A stretch of 64,000 bases of DNA, from IMG/VR virus record IMGVR_UViG_3300045994_000055, positions 32,001 through 96,000 of that record. One strand, given 5' to 3'. Positions within the stretch are counted from its first letter, which is position 1, and every line of letters starts with the position of its first letter. The DNA is from a virus. Made by a program: the position numbers and the translations under genes. Below are positions 21,847 through 32,163 of the stretch, in pieces. The notes below the pieces were generated by a model, which was not told the DNA's origin, did not search any database, and was given only the letters and a program-made list of their open reading frames with translations.

Positions 21847-24800
21847 TTATAGTGTATTTAACCCAGCTAAAGACTGGTTAATTTGAGATGCAGTAATAGC
21901 ACTGATAATCTCAACGTTGTCAACTGTAGCGGCGCTGACCACAATTTCGTTTGCTTCTGCATTAATTTGGTACAACCCGCCAAACGACGCAGTGCTGTCG
22001 CTTGGTACGATAATGATAGAAGAGATATTAGGAACCAACTCAGTGTGCAAGTATGCGCTGAGTTCTGAGAAGTAGAATGTTTCACCAAAGTCCCAATTGT
22101 TGATGTCAAAGTATTTGTTGATAGTTGAAATAACACGGCTCTTGATATCATTGTCAGAAATTGTTACATTGCTATTCTTAACTACTTTAAATGTCGCACG
22201 TAGTACACTGGCAGCTTTATTACCAAATATAGGTTTAAATTTTACGGGATTGTAAATGATCGTGTCAGACAGTGCCTTCAAGTTTTCCAAGGTAGAGAAC
22301 TCTGTGCGCAATTCTTCTGTCGTTGGCGCCACTGGCTGTGCTACTTTACCACTGCTATCTTTGATCCAAGCCGCGTAAGCAGTATTGTATTCCTTAGTAA
22401 GGATGTACAAGTCCATGATGTTGTTAGGGCTTGGATCAATACGACGGTTACCAGGGCTATTGTGGCGGTACTGGAAGTACAAGTTTTGACGGCCAGTTTT
22501 TGCAACATAGTTATTTGTGATGGATACTGCACCACCAGTCACTGAGTAAAACTTATTTTCCGCAGTTGCATAAAATACTTGTCCATCACTATACGATGCA
22601 CTGTACAATGCAATCTGTGATTTTGTTAGATAAGAGTCTACCACTGCACCAAGTGATACAACTGCATATTTTACAAAATTATCGTAATCAGTGACTTGCT
22701 TAAAGAATATGTTTGTATTGCTATCTGGAGCAACTAACGTGTTAAACAATGTAGGATCGTCAGGGATACCATCATTGTTTGCATCTGGGAACGTAACTAA
22801 TATTTTTTGTGTGTCTAAATAGCCATCAAGCTGAACCACATTGTTATAAACATACCAAATTTGGTCTGTGGAAAGTGGCTGTTGTGTGACAGGATCATTA
22901 TTAACTTTCAAAATCTTAATTTGATCACGCACTGCGGTACCAGTAGAACTGTCGTACACCTTAACTTTAGGGTCAAAGTAAAAACGTGTTTCCAATTCGC
23001 TTTCCATGTAGTAATACAGGTTACGTTGAGTAATTGTATATTGTCCACTGAAGTAAGTGAATGCTAAAATCCAAGACGAGTCTGATGCACTTTGCGTAGA
23101 ACCAGCAGTAGTAATGTCAAATTGATTCAAGTTAAGGTTGGCTTCGTCAATTGTCACCCATTCCATTGTTGCTGCATCATAGCGAACACCAAAGTTTTTC
23201 TTACCAAGTATCAAAGTGGTAAATGTTTCAATCAAACTAGTTGGCCAATCATTCTTATATGGCGGAGTAATTTCACTTACTACAGCGTACACTGGACCAG
23301 ACGCTGTATTCAACGTCGTTGGTAAAATTTGGCTAAATGTTACTGTCGTAGAAGTATTAGAAACTACCGCAGCATAAAGATACGTTTTATCAGTAGGCAA
23401 TGTTGCTGCCCCAGCTACTATTTGATTATCCTTGTTAAAGTGGTAATCTTGTGGTGGCAAGAATTTAACCAATGCACCTGGCTGTATATATTTTGCTGCA
23501 CCACTTGCACCAACACCTAATGTTGTCAATGTTGTAGCATGAGTCAAGGTATTAACTGTGTTAATGTAGCCAGATGTCGTATTAGTAGTCGATGATGTCG
23601 CAACAAACGTAGGAGATGCCCCAATTAAATATGTGGGCGCACTGTAGTGATACAAGTGCATTATTTCCTTAGCGGATATCATTGGTAACGCTACATTGTA
23701 GATTGCTTTAAGCACTTCTGACGTAGTAGTGTAAGTAAACGTTGTTGCAGTATTTGCTATATTTCTATAGATTACACCGTCTTGTGCAAATATATTAGTA
23801 GACGAATACTTACCAGAGACGTCTGTCACGTCAAGGTAGCGAGACACGCCAGAGCTAGTGCGGTTAACTGCTTTAACTTTGATGATGTTAGAGAATGTCG
23901 TATAAGGGAGAATGTTGTAATCCTCACCTGTAATCATACGGTTCTGCGTGTAGTATTGCTGCGGTGCTTTTGTGCGGATATCATCTAATGCCTCTGCCGC
24001 AGAGCTATTAGCTACTGTGTAATGTAGGCTGCAAGACAAAGTTAATGTTTCTACGCGGTTATTGCGAGATACGTAGTTCATTGAAATAACAACGTTTTGC
24101 ATTTCGTCAGGTGTAATTTTATAGTTTTGTCCGTTGCTTTGACGATAGAACAACTTGTAGTCACCCTGTGGAATACTCGCAAACGCACCGTCACCAAAAA
24201 CTAAGTCAACTTGATCATTTGCTCGGGAATTGACTTGGTACAAGTTACGCTCGTTTGTTTGATTGTAAACAATGTTAACCCCACCAATTGCAGGTACTTT
24301 AGTCCACTTAGTTCCTAATGTGCCTTGAGCTGTTAAAGGATACAACCAAACATCATTGTTATTGATATCACTAAAATTGATACTAACTACACGGTTGGGT
24401 AATTTTTCGGCAATGTTGAATGGCAATGCATTTAAGTCGCCTTGTTTGAAATATACAAAGAATCCAGTATTATTTGATCCATTGCCTTGATTGTCGTTCT
24501 TGTACAATAAGTTAAACTTACCACTTGGTGTAGGGTCGACTTCGTAGACATAGCTTTGCCCGGCCGCAGAAGCAGAAACTACTTCAAAATTCATCGAGCT
24601 ATTTTCTACCTTAGCAGTAAACTTATAGATAGGGGTAGCGCCAGCTATAACATTGACACTATATTCATCAGTTTGAATCCCGTTAATTATATTTGCTGCA
24701 CCTGGTTTACCCACTACTTGTGTGTTGACCATAGACGCATTCAAAATTGCAGTGTATTGCTCTAACCAGTTTTCATTGGATGTATCGTTCCATGACACAA

Positions 24801-25221
24801 GCAAGTTGGACAAATTTATACCATTGGAATCAGTCACTGACTCTGTAGTTGATACACTGCCAATTTTTAAAAAGCCACTTGCCGCAGTGTTACGCTTAGG
24901 ATTATAGCTGATTAAACGTGCAAGCTTAAGCACAGAGTCACGGCGTTCTGCTGTGTCGATGAAGTTTTCGCGAGCGTTTAAGTCTGTGCGGAATGCTAAA
25001 CTTTGGCCCAAAAACGCTATCAAGTCGATTAGCGCAATGTACTCGCTAGATTCCGTAAAGTCATTGAAATCTTCAGGGTAATACGTGCGTAAGTAGTCGA
25101 TCATTGACTTACGAAGCGTCTCGTAATCGTAGCTTTGGAAGTCAGCGTCACGGAACGTCTGGTAGACTTTAGTCCAGTCTTGCTGAACTAAAAGATTTGA
25201 TTGTCGTGTTGTTAATGCCAT
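21847..25221 (-). CDS. gp6: Baseplate wedge subunit, T4 gp6-like
   Basis: DFQSYDYETLRKSMIDYL...FNDF.ESSE...ENFIDTA.RR.SV.KLA...Y.P and QNRMITGEDY motifs. Confidence 0.85.
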   Translation of the reverse strand: MALTTRQSNLLVQQDWTKVYQTFRDADFQSYDYETLRKSMIDYLRTYYPEDFNDFTESSEYIALIDLIAFLGQSLAFRTDLNARENFIDTAERRDSVLKLARLISYNPKRNTAASGFLKIGSVSTTESVTDSNGINLSNLLVSWNDTSNENWLEQYTAILNASMVNTQVVGKPGAANIINGIQTDEYSVNVIAGATPIYKFTAKVENSSMNFEVVSASAAGQSYVYEVDPTPSGKFNLLYKNDNQGNGSNNTGFFVYFKQGDLNALPFNIAEKLPNRVVSINFSDINNNDVWLYPLTAQGTLGTKWTKVPAIGGVNIVYNQTNERNLYQVNSRANDQVDLVFGDGAFASIPQGDYKLFYRQSNGQNYKITPDEMQNVVISMNYVSRNNRVETLTLSCSLHYTVANSSAAEALDDIRTKAPQQYYTQNRMITGEDYNILPYTTFSNIIKVKAVNRTSSGVSRYLDVTDVSGKYSSTNIFAQDGVIYRNIANTATTFTYTTTSEVLKAIYNVALPMISAKEIMHLYHYSAPTYLIGASPTFVATSSTTNTTSGYINTVNTLTHATTLTTLGVGASGAAKYIQPGALVKFLPPQDYHFNKDNQIVAGAATLPTDKTYLYAAVVSNTSTTVTFSQILPTTLNTASGPVYAVVSEITPPYKNDWPTSLIETFTTLILGKKNFGVRYDAATMEWVTIDEANLNLNQFDITTAGSTQSASDSSWILAFTYFSGQYTITQRNLYYYMESELETRFYFDPKVKVYDSSTGTAVRDQIKILKVNNDPVTQQPLSTDQIWYVYNNVVQLDGYLDTQKILVTFPDANNDGIPDDPTLFNTLVAPDSNTNIFFKQVTDYDNFVKYAVVSLGAVVDSYLTKSQIALYSASYSDGQVFYATAENKFYSVTGGAVSITNNYVAKTGRQNLYFQYRHNSPGNRRIDPSPNNIMDLYILTKEYNTAYAAWIKDSSGKVAQPVAPTTEELRTEFSTLENLKALSDTIIYNPVKFKPIFGNKAASVLRATFKVVKNSNVTISDNDIKSRVISTINKYFDINNWDFGETFYFSELSAYLHTELVPNISSIIIVPSDSTASFGGLYQINAEANEIVVSAATVDNVEIISAITASQINQSLAGLNTL

Positions 25222-25238
25222 AATATACCTGTATTAGG

Positions 25239-25246
25239 TATTTATA
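25239..25246 (-). promoter_or_regulatory. T4-type late promoter TATAAATA
   Basis: Exact TATAAATA 17 nt upstream of the gp6 ATG. Confidence 0.7.
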
Positions 25247-25266
25247 GCTTTCTAAAAGTGCTAGTA

Positions 25267-25635
25267 TTAACGCACTGTTCCCGAGTCTCGGTCAAATGTA
25301 AACGACATGGCTGATGTTTGATTAGTTGGAATGTATGTCAATACAATTTGAATTTGCAAGCCACTTTGGTGCTCTGTCATGACTACATCGTTGATACTTA
25401 ACCTAGGATCGTAACTTACTACTGAGTTAACGTCATCCAGTATTACTTTCTTAGTTTCAGGGGTCAACGGTTCAAAAAGCATGTTCCAAATGATGCTACC
25501 AAAATTTGGATTCATTAACTTTTCGCCTTTGCGAATCTGAAAGTGATTCAACAAATCGCGCTTAACTAGCTCAATGTCAGTTAGCCTGAATTTCTTGTTT
25601 TGCCCTAGAGTAGATAGTCCGCGATATGTTGTCAT
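25267..25635 (-). CDS. gp25: Baseplate wedge subunit, T4 gp25-like
   Basis: KGEKLMNPNFGS.IW..LFEP...DPR motif. Confidence 0.9.
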   Translation of the reverse strand: MTTYRGLSTLGQNKKFRLTDIELVKRDLLNHFQIRKGEKLMNPNFGSIIWNMLFEPLTPETKKVILDDVNSVVSYDPRLSINDVVMTEHQSGLQIQIVLTYIPTNQTSAMSFTFDRDSGTVR

Positions 25636-25642
25636 CTAGTAT

Positions 25643-28129
25643 TTAACCCTTATATTGGATGTGCACGACGTCGTATGCCAATGGGAAGTTAAACCCATAC
25701 TTGTCTAGTAATCCAGTGCTCAGTAAGTATTGCAAGTCTGCACGAGCAATGTCAAAAGCAATACCACGTATGTGCGGGGCATTCGGGCTTGGTTTAGCTG
25801 GTTTTAATACGTGACTGTTACCAGCCAGCCACGCATTGTATAGTGCTGTTTGTTCCTCCAATGTACGCTTTGCGCTGCTCAAGGTAAGCTTACGGCTAGT
25901 TTTTGCTTTAAATTCTTTTGCCATATTCTCAAATGCAGCCTTCATTGGTCCAGCGAGCATTTCATAATGTGCTTTATCACCTGAGTTTGCAGTAAAGTTA
26001 ATCACTGATTCTGGCCCTATTCCGCTGTCAGATGGGCCAGATGGTACTGCTGGGGTAGCGTCAGCGACAACCTGCATTGCAAGTACATCAATTGCATAAC
26101 GCCCCCAATTATATGCTGCCGCACCAGCGCCACCTTCTTTACGCCACGCCAATGCCTTACGGACAGGCTCGTCTTCATCCCTATAGTAATACGCAACTGA
26201 TATCATACCAGCAACTGTGCAAATATCGTCATTTGCTACTATTGCATTTTGATTTAATAGTTCAATATAGTAATCATTGATAATTTGGGCCATCACTACA
26301 TCTTGGGTGCCAGTGTGCGTTGTCCAATCAGTTACACTCTTAATACCCTCTGTCCCAGCCCAGGACAAAGTAGAATTGATATTTGTTGCATCAGTGACAT
26401 ATCCATAATGCTTCAGTAACTTCCCGTTAATTTGATACTTACCGACCCTAGTAGATGTAGTTTTGGTAAAGTTTGAACCACTTTCTGCGTACCCAATTTG
26501 CACCATTAGTGCTTTAGCTTGAAGGGCAGCCAACCTACCTAGTGATTGTACATGCGGTGCTGCGGCCGCTGACATTTCACTTAACGGTGCTGCTGGAGAA
26601 ACTTGCTGGCCTTTAGCAGACACTGGTCCCGGATCAGTTAGTTTAGCATCGTTTGCGCAGGTACTTGATTGTTTTACCACTGGCGTTGGCACAGTAAACA
26701 AACTTGATCCCGCTGCCTTACTGGTCGCTGCTGATTGTCGTGGCCATGGCTCGTGGCTAGGTGCCACAGTAACAATACTTTCAAACACTGCTGACTTGCT
26801 TACCCACAACCCTGACGCTTCAGCTGATGTGTCAGTATGCGAATTTGAAGCCAATGCTGACACCGCTGCTACATCCGCAGGAGTTTGTGTATTCAAATAT
26901 ATTTTGCCACCCTTTAAGACTAAGTCACTGCTAGTTTTAAAACTACCAGACGCCCCTTGAATTTTCATTTCACCGCTGCTTAAAATACCTATTGAACTTG
27001 CCTGCAGTGCAATACTTGTTGATTTGGTCGTATGCTTTGCTGTTTGCTGTGCAATGGACGATGATGCATTTATGTTTACACTAGCCCCACTGTTTAAGTT
27101 GATGTCCTTATCAGCATGTAAGTTAAACTCTCCTTCAGTACGCATATTAATACCTTGCTGCGAGTACACATTAATGTGACCTCCGCCAGTAAATTCTAAC
27201 CATGCGGTACCAGTGCTATTTGCAATGTATAACACATCTTCAGTGTCATGCATTAAGATTTGGTGCCCGCCTGCTGTGCGTAAACGCACTAGCTGACTAT
27301 TAGCATTTTGATCACCATCGTCCATAATAAACGTGTGGCCACCCTTGCGAGTCTTAACGGTAATGTCGTCAAGTGTAAGAGTACCAGCTGCCATCTTAGC
27401 TTTAAATTGCGGGTCATCAGCTGGATCATTACCTGGTCGGCCAGGTGTTGATATACCAAAAACTTGCGATGGACTTTCGCGCTGTGATGATGACGTCACA
27501 GCCCCGCGCACCGTATCCCTATCAAGTCCTTGATCCATAAGAATCGCAACCTGCGGCTCGTGTGGTGGTTTAAGATTTTTATCAAATCCTGGGCCAATAT
27601 TTGCATTAGGTGCTAGTTCATTGAACTCTGCTACTGGCCAATTACTATCTTGCGAGTATTTTGCCTTCATCGCAGCGTCTGTCATATTTGCCGTATCTAC
27701 TGGTCCAGCTGCAAGACCAGGTAGCATGTAGTGGCTTAAGTCTGTGTTGATACAAGCAAACCAATATCCGCGGTTAGGGTCACCTGCAATGAATGTACAT
27801 ATCACTTGGCAGTTAACGTCAGGCGGGACGCCCCACATACCATAACTATGTGGTACTTGCGAGAATTCGTTATTACGACCGCCACTATCAACTGGCTTGT
27901 ATGTTGTACCACCATAAGGACTTGCATAAGAAACTGTACGCCAGGATGCAGGCGCTTCTTCATCTCCGCCCAACTCAGGAATCCATACTTGCAAGCGCCC
28001 AGCTTTCAATGGATCGTAGTTATTTTTAACGTAACCAATAAATGGCCCGCTATCAATGCGTACGCCAGGTGTGTCTTCTCTACGTGCCCACTCAGGTAGT
28101 TTTTTACCAAATCGTCTATTAGTTGCCAT
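25643..28129 (-). CDS. gp5: Baseplate hub/spike protein (gp5/VgrG-like) with a lysozyme-like domain and a C-terminal M15 peptidase domain
   Basis: DPLKAGRLQVWIP OB-fold start; beta-helix RTAGGHQILMHD; AESG...GKYQ; SAKR..EEQ...PHIRGIAFD...DVVHIQ. Confidence 0.8.
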   Translation of the reverse strand: MATNRRFGKKLPEWARREDTPGVRIDSGPFIGYVKNNYDPLKAGRLQVWIPELGGDEEAPASWRTVSYASPYGGTTYKPVDSGGRNNEFSQVPHSYGMWGVPPDVNCQVICTFIAGDPNRGYWFACINTDLSHYMLPGLAAGPVDTANMTDAAMKAKYSQDSNWPVAEFNELAPNANIGPGFDKNLKPPHEPQVAILMDQGLDRDTVRGAVTSSSQRESPSQVFGISTPGRPGNDPADDPQFKAKMAAGTLTLDDITVKTRKGGHTFIMDDGDQNANSQLVRLRTAGGHQILMHDTEDVLYIANSTGTAWLEFTGGGHINVYSQQGINMRTEGEFNLHADKDINLNSGASVNINASSSIAQQTAKHTTKSTSIALQASSIGILSSGEMKIQGASGSFKTSSDLVLKGGKIYLNTQTPADVAAVSALASNSHTDTSAEASGLWVSKSAVFESIVTVAPSHEPWPRQSAATSKAAGSSLFTVPTPVVKQSSTCANDAKLTDPGPVSAKGQQVSPAAPLSEMSAAAAPHVQSLGRLAALQAKALMVQIGYAESGSNFTKTTSTRVGKYQINGKLLKHYGYVTDATNINSTLSWAGTEGIKSVTDWTTHTGTQDVVMAQIINDYYIELLNQNAIVANDDICTVAGMISVAYYYRDEDEPVRKALAWRKEGGAGAAAYNWGRYAIDVLAMQVVADATPAVPSGPSDSGIGPESVINFTANSGDKAHYEMLAGPMKAAFENMAKEFKAKTSRKLTLSSAKRTLEEQTALYNAWLAGNSHVLKPAKPSPNAPHIRGIAFDIARADLQYLLSTGLLDKYGFNFPLAYDVVHIQYKG

Positions 28130-28130
28130 G

Positions 28131-30890
28131 TTATCTGAATCCTGCTCCGCGACGGATAGCCTTTAAGTTATTACTTTCGTCCGCTGCTATAGCCGCGGGA
28201 GTTTTTGCGGGAGTGGGCGGTTGGATAGGAAGCAGTGTTTTATTGTTAACAGAGTTTAATGTTGCCTGTGACACTACGCCTTTGTAGTCCCCTACACCAG
28301 GCACTCCTGTGGGCTTCATCATTGCTGACCCACTAACTGATGCTGCGGCCGCTTGTAATGGATCAGTTGCTGACTTGGGCGCTATATTAGCTGGGCGCAC
28401 ACCAGTGGGCGTAGCTGCATCCGCGCTTATATAATCGCTTTCTGCTCGCTCAACTTTTGATGTGCCTTTTATTGTTTTTGTTTTCATCATACGTACACCA
28501 GTAAGTGTCTGCACGAACTGCCCCTTACTAAACTCACTGTCTACCGTCAATATCTTGTAAAACCCCGTAAACTTGGAAGTAGCATATTTTGTATTCTTTG
28601 TAATACCACCTGTTGACTCGTCCATGTCAGTTGGAGTCATGAACTTAACATTACAAAAGATTTCTGAGTGGTCCATTGCAATTGACCCATTAGTGTTAAC
28701 ACCAATGCCATTGGTTGTTTTGGAGTTATATCCCGGCTGCCCTGGATTGGTGTATAAATCGTCCTGCTTGATAAAATGTGGGTCGCCAATGATTTTTAAC
28801 TTTAAGTTAATCATGTCACCACGGGCATTGGAATATATGCTTGCAAGCGCATTAGCCACAACCGCTTGCTTTTGCGTTGACACTCTACCCGTAGATTGAC
28901 TGTCACCTGAGCTAGTGACCTCTAGTGGCATTGCATTTGGATTTTCTGATTCATCTGAATCGTCCAGTACCACATAGTCAGCTTCGTCTTCGTTTCCTTT
29001 TGTGTCTTTGTTATTTCCTGCTGCTGAATTCTTAGGGAGGCCCACAGTTGCAGTAAAGTAAGCCACATCAAAATCAATCGCAAAGTCAATGATATCTATA
29101 TTTTTACCAGTGTATATGTAGTTATAATCTTTCACTGCCGCAGTAGGGTTAGCATACGGCATAGCTGGATGCTTAGAGTTATGATAACGGTGATACACGA
29201 CGTGGTATACAGTCGTGGTTGCGTAGCGTTTACGAATTGTATCGTATCGCAACTCAGTGATCTGTGGAATAATTTTGTAAAAGTCTACCCACTTATTCTC
29301 TGGGAATTTTTTACGGTTGCCGCCATCGTCAACCATTTGCTTGGCTATATAATCGCTATTGGACATTACTTGGTTAATTACATCAATGATCCGCGTGCCG
29401 GCATGGATGCCAAACGTCCTACCATTACCCGGGGCCACAACATAGTTTCCGCTATTATCTTTTGCAGCATTGCTCCGTGCACCAAACACTGCTTTGCTGT
29501 GCGGAGTTTCTGGTGGATTGATACTTGACTCTAGGATTTTTATAGGGAAGTCGTCAAAGCTAAACGAAACTTTGTCCAACTCTGCTACGTCTTTATTTTT
29601 TACTAATAGGGCAAACCATTCATTGAGTGCATTATTATAATTGGCAACTGTATACGGGGTAGTTGTGTCTACTTGCGGCTCTCCTGCTTTTGCATTGCCC
29701 CTTCGTATGCTCACGTCATCATTTTGTGTCGCTTCTTCTTGTGCGGCTTTTTCTTGACGATTTTTATCAACCCTTGATGCTTGAGTAGCGCCTACATTAG
29801 CAGGAGCCTCTCCTTTAAAGAAATTACCAATGGTAGTTGCTTCAATTTCTAAGTTGACAGGTGTAGTTACCGCGGTGTCTTTGAACGCCCCGTGATTAAA
29901 CGGCACTGCCTTAACAGAGTACTCTGCACCTTTGGATGATGCTTTGATTTTGAATTCAATAAGCTGTATAGGAAAGCGTTTGCGATGCTCAGTTAGTGGT
30001 GCGTGAATAGAACCTAAATCATCACTACCAAAGAAGTCTAGTTCTATTAAGTACGGCTGTGCAAGATAATTCTTACTGCCAATCACTGAACTCTTGCTTG
30101 CATTGATTAGTCTATCTAACAATGTCATACCGTATGGCTCAATGATCGTGAAGCTCATCTCAATCGCATTGGTGCCGCGATTTTGATTGTTGAGCCCAAT
30201 TACTGTCGTCATCCTAAAGTTTTCAAAGTAGAAGTCGTCGTGGAACTCGTAATGCCTGCCAGTGTTAACGTTATCCGCTGCCTTATTATACCTGCCAGCA
30301 GAGCTTATCAATGCAAACTTAGGTGCCCAGGAACTGACTTGATCAGCTGGTGTTTTTTGCAAAGTTTCGTATTCTTCCTTAGCCAACATAAACAAGGTTA
30401 ACCCATAGGTGTATGTTGCATACTGGTGCAACGGGTTTGCAAGTGGTTTAACGTTAGCTTGATAATTTGCCACATCTTGTGCAAATAAATTTACACCATT
30501 AGACGATGGTGCAGGCTCCGCAGCCAATACCCTTGAATCAGCTTGTGCTTGCAAGCTATTACCAGATGCAAATTGCTCATTGGCTGAAATAGCTTTATCT
30601 AGTTTGCCTTGCCCTGCGTCAGTCAATGGTGTAGTCACAACATTGCCTTCACGAACAGGGGACGTCGTCGCAGTGCTAGCCGTTGCGTCTGCTTTATCTA
30701 CCAGCGGCAGCGAATATAATTCTTCTGTTTGCGCTTGTATTTCGTCGTATGTTGCTTGCGTTTCCGCCGTGAGTTGCTTACCTTCAACACTAGAAGGTGT
30801 AACTTTATTTTTGTCCCATTGGGCTTGTATTGCTGCAAGCTTATTTTTATTCGCTTGAATTGCCGCGGTTAACTCAGCTCTAGTAGCCAT
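28131..30890 (-). CDS. Baseplate hub protein (gp27-like position)
   Basis: NPLHQYATYTY, IIGDP and FTGFYKILTV.SEF..GQFVQ.L motifs; lies between gp53 and gp5. Confidence 0.6.
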   Translation of the reverse strand: MATRAELTAAIQANKNKLAAIQAQWDKNKVTPSSVEGKQLTAETQATYDEIQAQTEELYSLPLVDKADATASTATTSPVREGNVVTTPLTDAGQGKLDKAISANEQFASGNSLQAQADSRVLAAEPAPSSNGVNLFAQDVANYQANVKPLANPLHQYATYTYGLTLFMLAKEEYETLQKTPADQVSSWAPKFALISSAGRYNKAADNVNTGRHYEFHDDFYFENFRMTTVIGLNNQNRGTNAIEMSFTIIEPYGMTLLDRLINASKSSVIGSKNYLAQPYLIELDFFGSDDLGSIHAPLTEHRKRFPIQLIEFKIKASSKGAEYSVKAVPFNHGAFKDTAVTTPVNLEIEATTIGNFFKGEAPANVGATQASRVDKNRQEKAAQEEATQNDDVSIRRGNAKAGEPQVDTTTPYTVANYNNALNEWFALLVKNKDVAELDKVSFSFDDFPIKILESSINPPETPHSKAVFGARSNAAKDNSGNYVVAPGNGRTFGIHAGTRIIDVINQVMSNSDYIAKQMVDDGGNRKKFPENKWVDFYKIIPQITELRYDTIRKRYATTTVYHVVYHRYHNSKHPAMPYANPTAAVKDYNYIYTGKNIDIIDFAIDFDVAYFTATVGLPKNSAAGNNKDTKGNEDEADYVVLDDSDESENPNAMPLEVTSSGDSQSTGRVSTQKQAVVANALASIYSNARGDMINLKLKIIGDPHFIKQDDLYTNPGQPGYNSKTTNGIGVNTNGSIAMDHSEIFCNVKFMTPTDMDESTGGITKNTKYATSKFTGFYKILTVDSEFSKGQFVQTLTGVRMMKTKTIKGTSKVERAESDYISADAATPTGVRPANIAPKSATDPLQAAAASVSGSAMMKPTGVPGVGDYKGVVSQATLNSVNNKTLLPIQPPTPAKTPAAIAADESNNLKAIRRGAGFR

Positions 30891-30893
30891 CGC

Positions 30894-31196
30894 TTATAAC
30901 CCCAAGTCAGTGTTGAGATTAGATTTCTTAGGAATATAAATTGTCATACCAGGGTAGAAATCGAAAATAGGATCTTTGAGTGTATTTGGGTTGCGCATAG
31001 CAAATACCCACCATAGTGCAGCGTCACCGTACAAGTCATGTGCTAACAGGTCAGGGCGATATTGATAAACAGTATTGATCGTAAACTGCACATCATCAGC
31101 ATACGCTGTAACCTTGCGTACATTCATCACATCCAAGAATGGGCCAAATGTAGTTGTAGATGCGTACGGGCTTGAATTTTTATAAGTAGTTGCCAT
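30894..31196 (-). CDS. gp53: Baseplate wedge protein, gp53-like (LysM-like)
   Basis: RPDLLAHDLYG...LWWVFA..N motif. Confidence 0.85.
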   Translation of the reverse strand: MATTYKNSSPYASTTTFGPFLDVMNVRKVTAYADDVQFTINTVYQYRPDLLAHDLYGDAALWWVFAMRNPNTLKDPIFDFYPGMTIYIPKKSNLNTDLGL

Positions 31197-32101
31197 TAGA
31201 TGAATCCCGTAGTTTTTCCGCCGTACCCACCTATCAATGTCCCCTTAGCAAAATCAGACAAGTTGAAGTTATCTGCTATATTTCTGCGAGAGTAGATAGG
31301 CTGTAATGTAACTTGTATCTGACTAGATGTAGGAATCATCGTGTGTAGCTTTGGGGTCACTGATACAGAGTCGTAAGCTGAATCAGGCACTGACAGTTTA
31401 AATGTCACTCCCGTCTCTGCTTGCACATAGTCAACGTCCTGTGGCATAGTATGGGTAAACGACGTCACCACACAAGGTACATTAGGAAAATAGCTATCAC
31501 CGTAACCTGTCAAAAACACCATTGGAGGAGGGCTACCAGTATTTGTGCTGCCACCAAACCACATTTTAGTTGCTGATCTAAAAAAGTGAATGCAAGCCAA
31601 TACATAGGCTGCTTCAGTGCCGTTTTGCGCAGTAAAATCACCAGTGATGCTAATCGCTGCGACCTCTGAACCTTCGTACGCATAGTTGGTGTAGTTGCTA
31701 TGTGTTAATGTTTGTGCACCATAGCGAGCAGTATGAGAAATTGCTATCTGTGGTGTATACGGGAATATGACCCCGTCTGTTTCCTTGAGTGGGGCTAAGA
31801 TGCCAGCATCACTTGGGTCTTTATAAAAATAATCCGCACCAGCAGCAAGCTTAATGCGTACACGCCAATCAATCAAGTCACTTGAGAACCTAGGTGCTTT
31901 TACTGCGGCAGTAGGTTTTTTAGCTGTACCGCCAGACATTAAGTTAGACACTTGTAATCTAATCCCAGATGGGTCTAAAATTTTAGCAGGGTCAATTGAT
32001 TTAAGGTTATTGTACGATTCAGACGCAGCCGCTGATATCTGATTCCCTACGTCTTTAAGGCCTTGCGGTATAGAGGGTTCAAATCCAAATATTGACATCA
32101 A
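31196..32101 (-). CDS. Baseplate tail-tube initiator (gp48/gp54-like)
   Basis: FPYTP, G.PPP...L.GYG...F..VP.VV motifs; adjacent to gp53. Confidence 0.65.
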   Translation of the reverse strand: MMSIFGFEPSIPQGLKDVGNQISAAASESYNNLKSIDPAKILDPSGIRLQVSNLMSGGTAKKPTAAVKAPRFSSDLIDWRVRIKLAAGADYFYKDPSDAGILAPLKETDGVIFPYTPQIAISHTARYGAQTLTHSNYTNYAYEGSEVAAISITGDFTAQNGTEAAYVLACIHFFRSATKMWFGGSTNTGSPPPMVFLTGYGDSYFPNVPCVVTSFTHTMPQDVDYVQAETGVTFKLSVPDSAYDSVSVTPKLHTMIPTSSQIQVTLQPIYSRRNIADNFNLSDFAKGTLIGGYGGKTTGFI

Positions 32102-32109
32102 AATTTCTC

Positions 32110-32138
32110 TTGCTTTTTATATATTTAGCTGCTACAAT
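32110..32138 (+). promoter_or_regulatory. Sigma70-type extended -10 promoter for gp55-gp47-gp46, with an opposite-strand TAAATA in its spacer
   Basis: TTGCTT-17 nt-TACAAT with TG extension; tattta at 32122-32127. Confidence 0.65.
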
Positions 32139-32163
32139 ATAGCTATACTTAATAGGAGTTACC

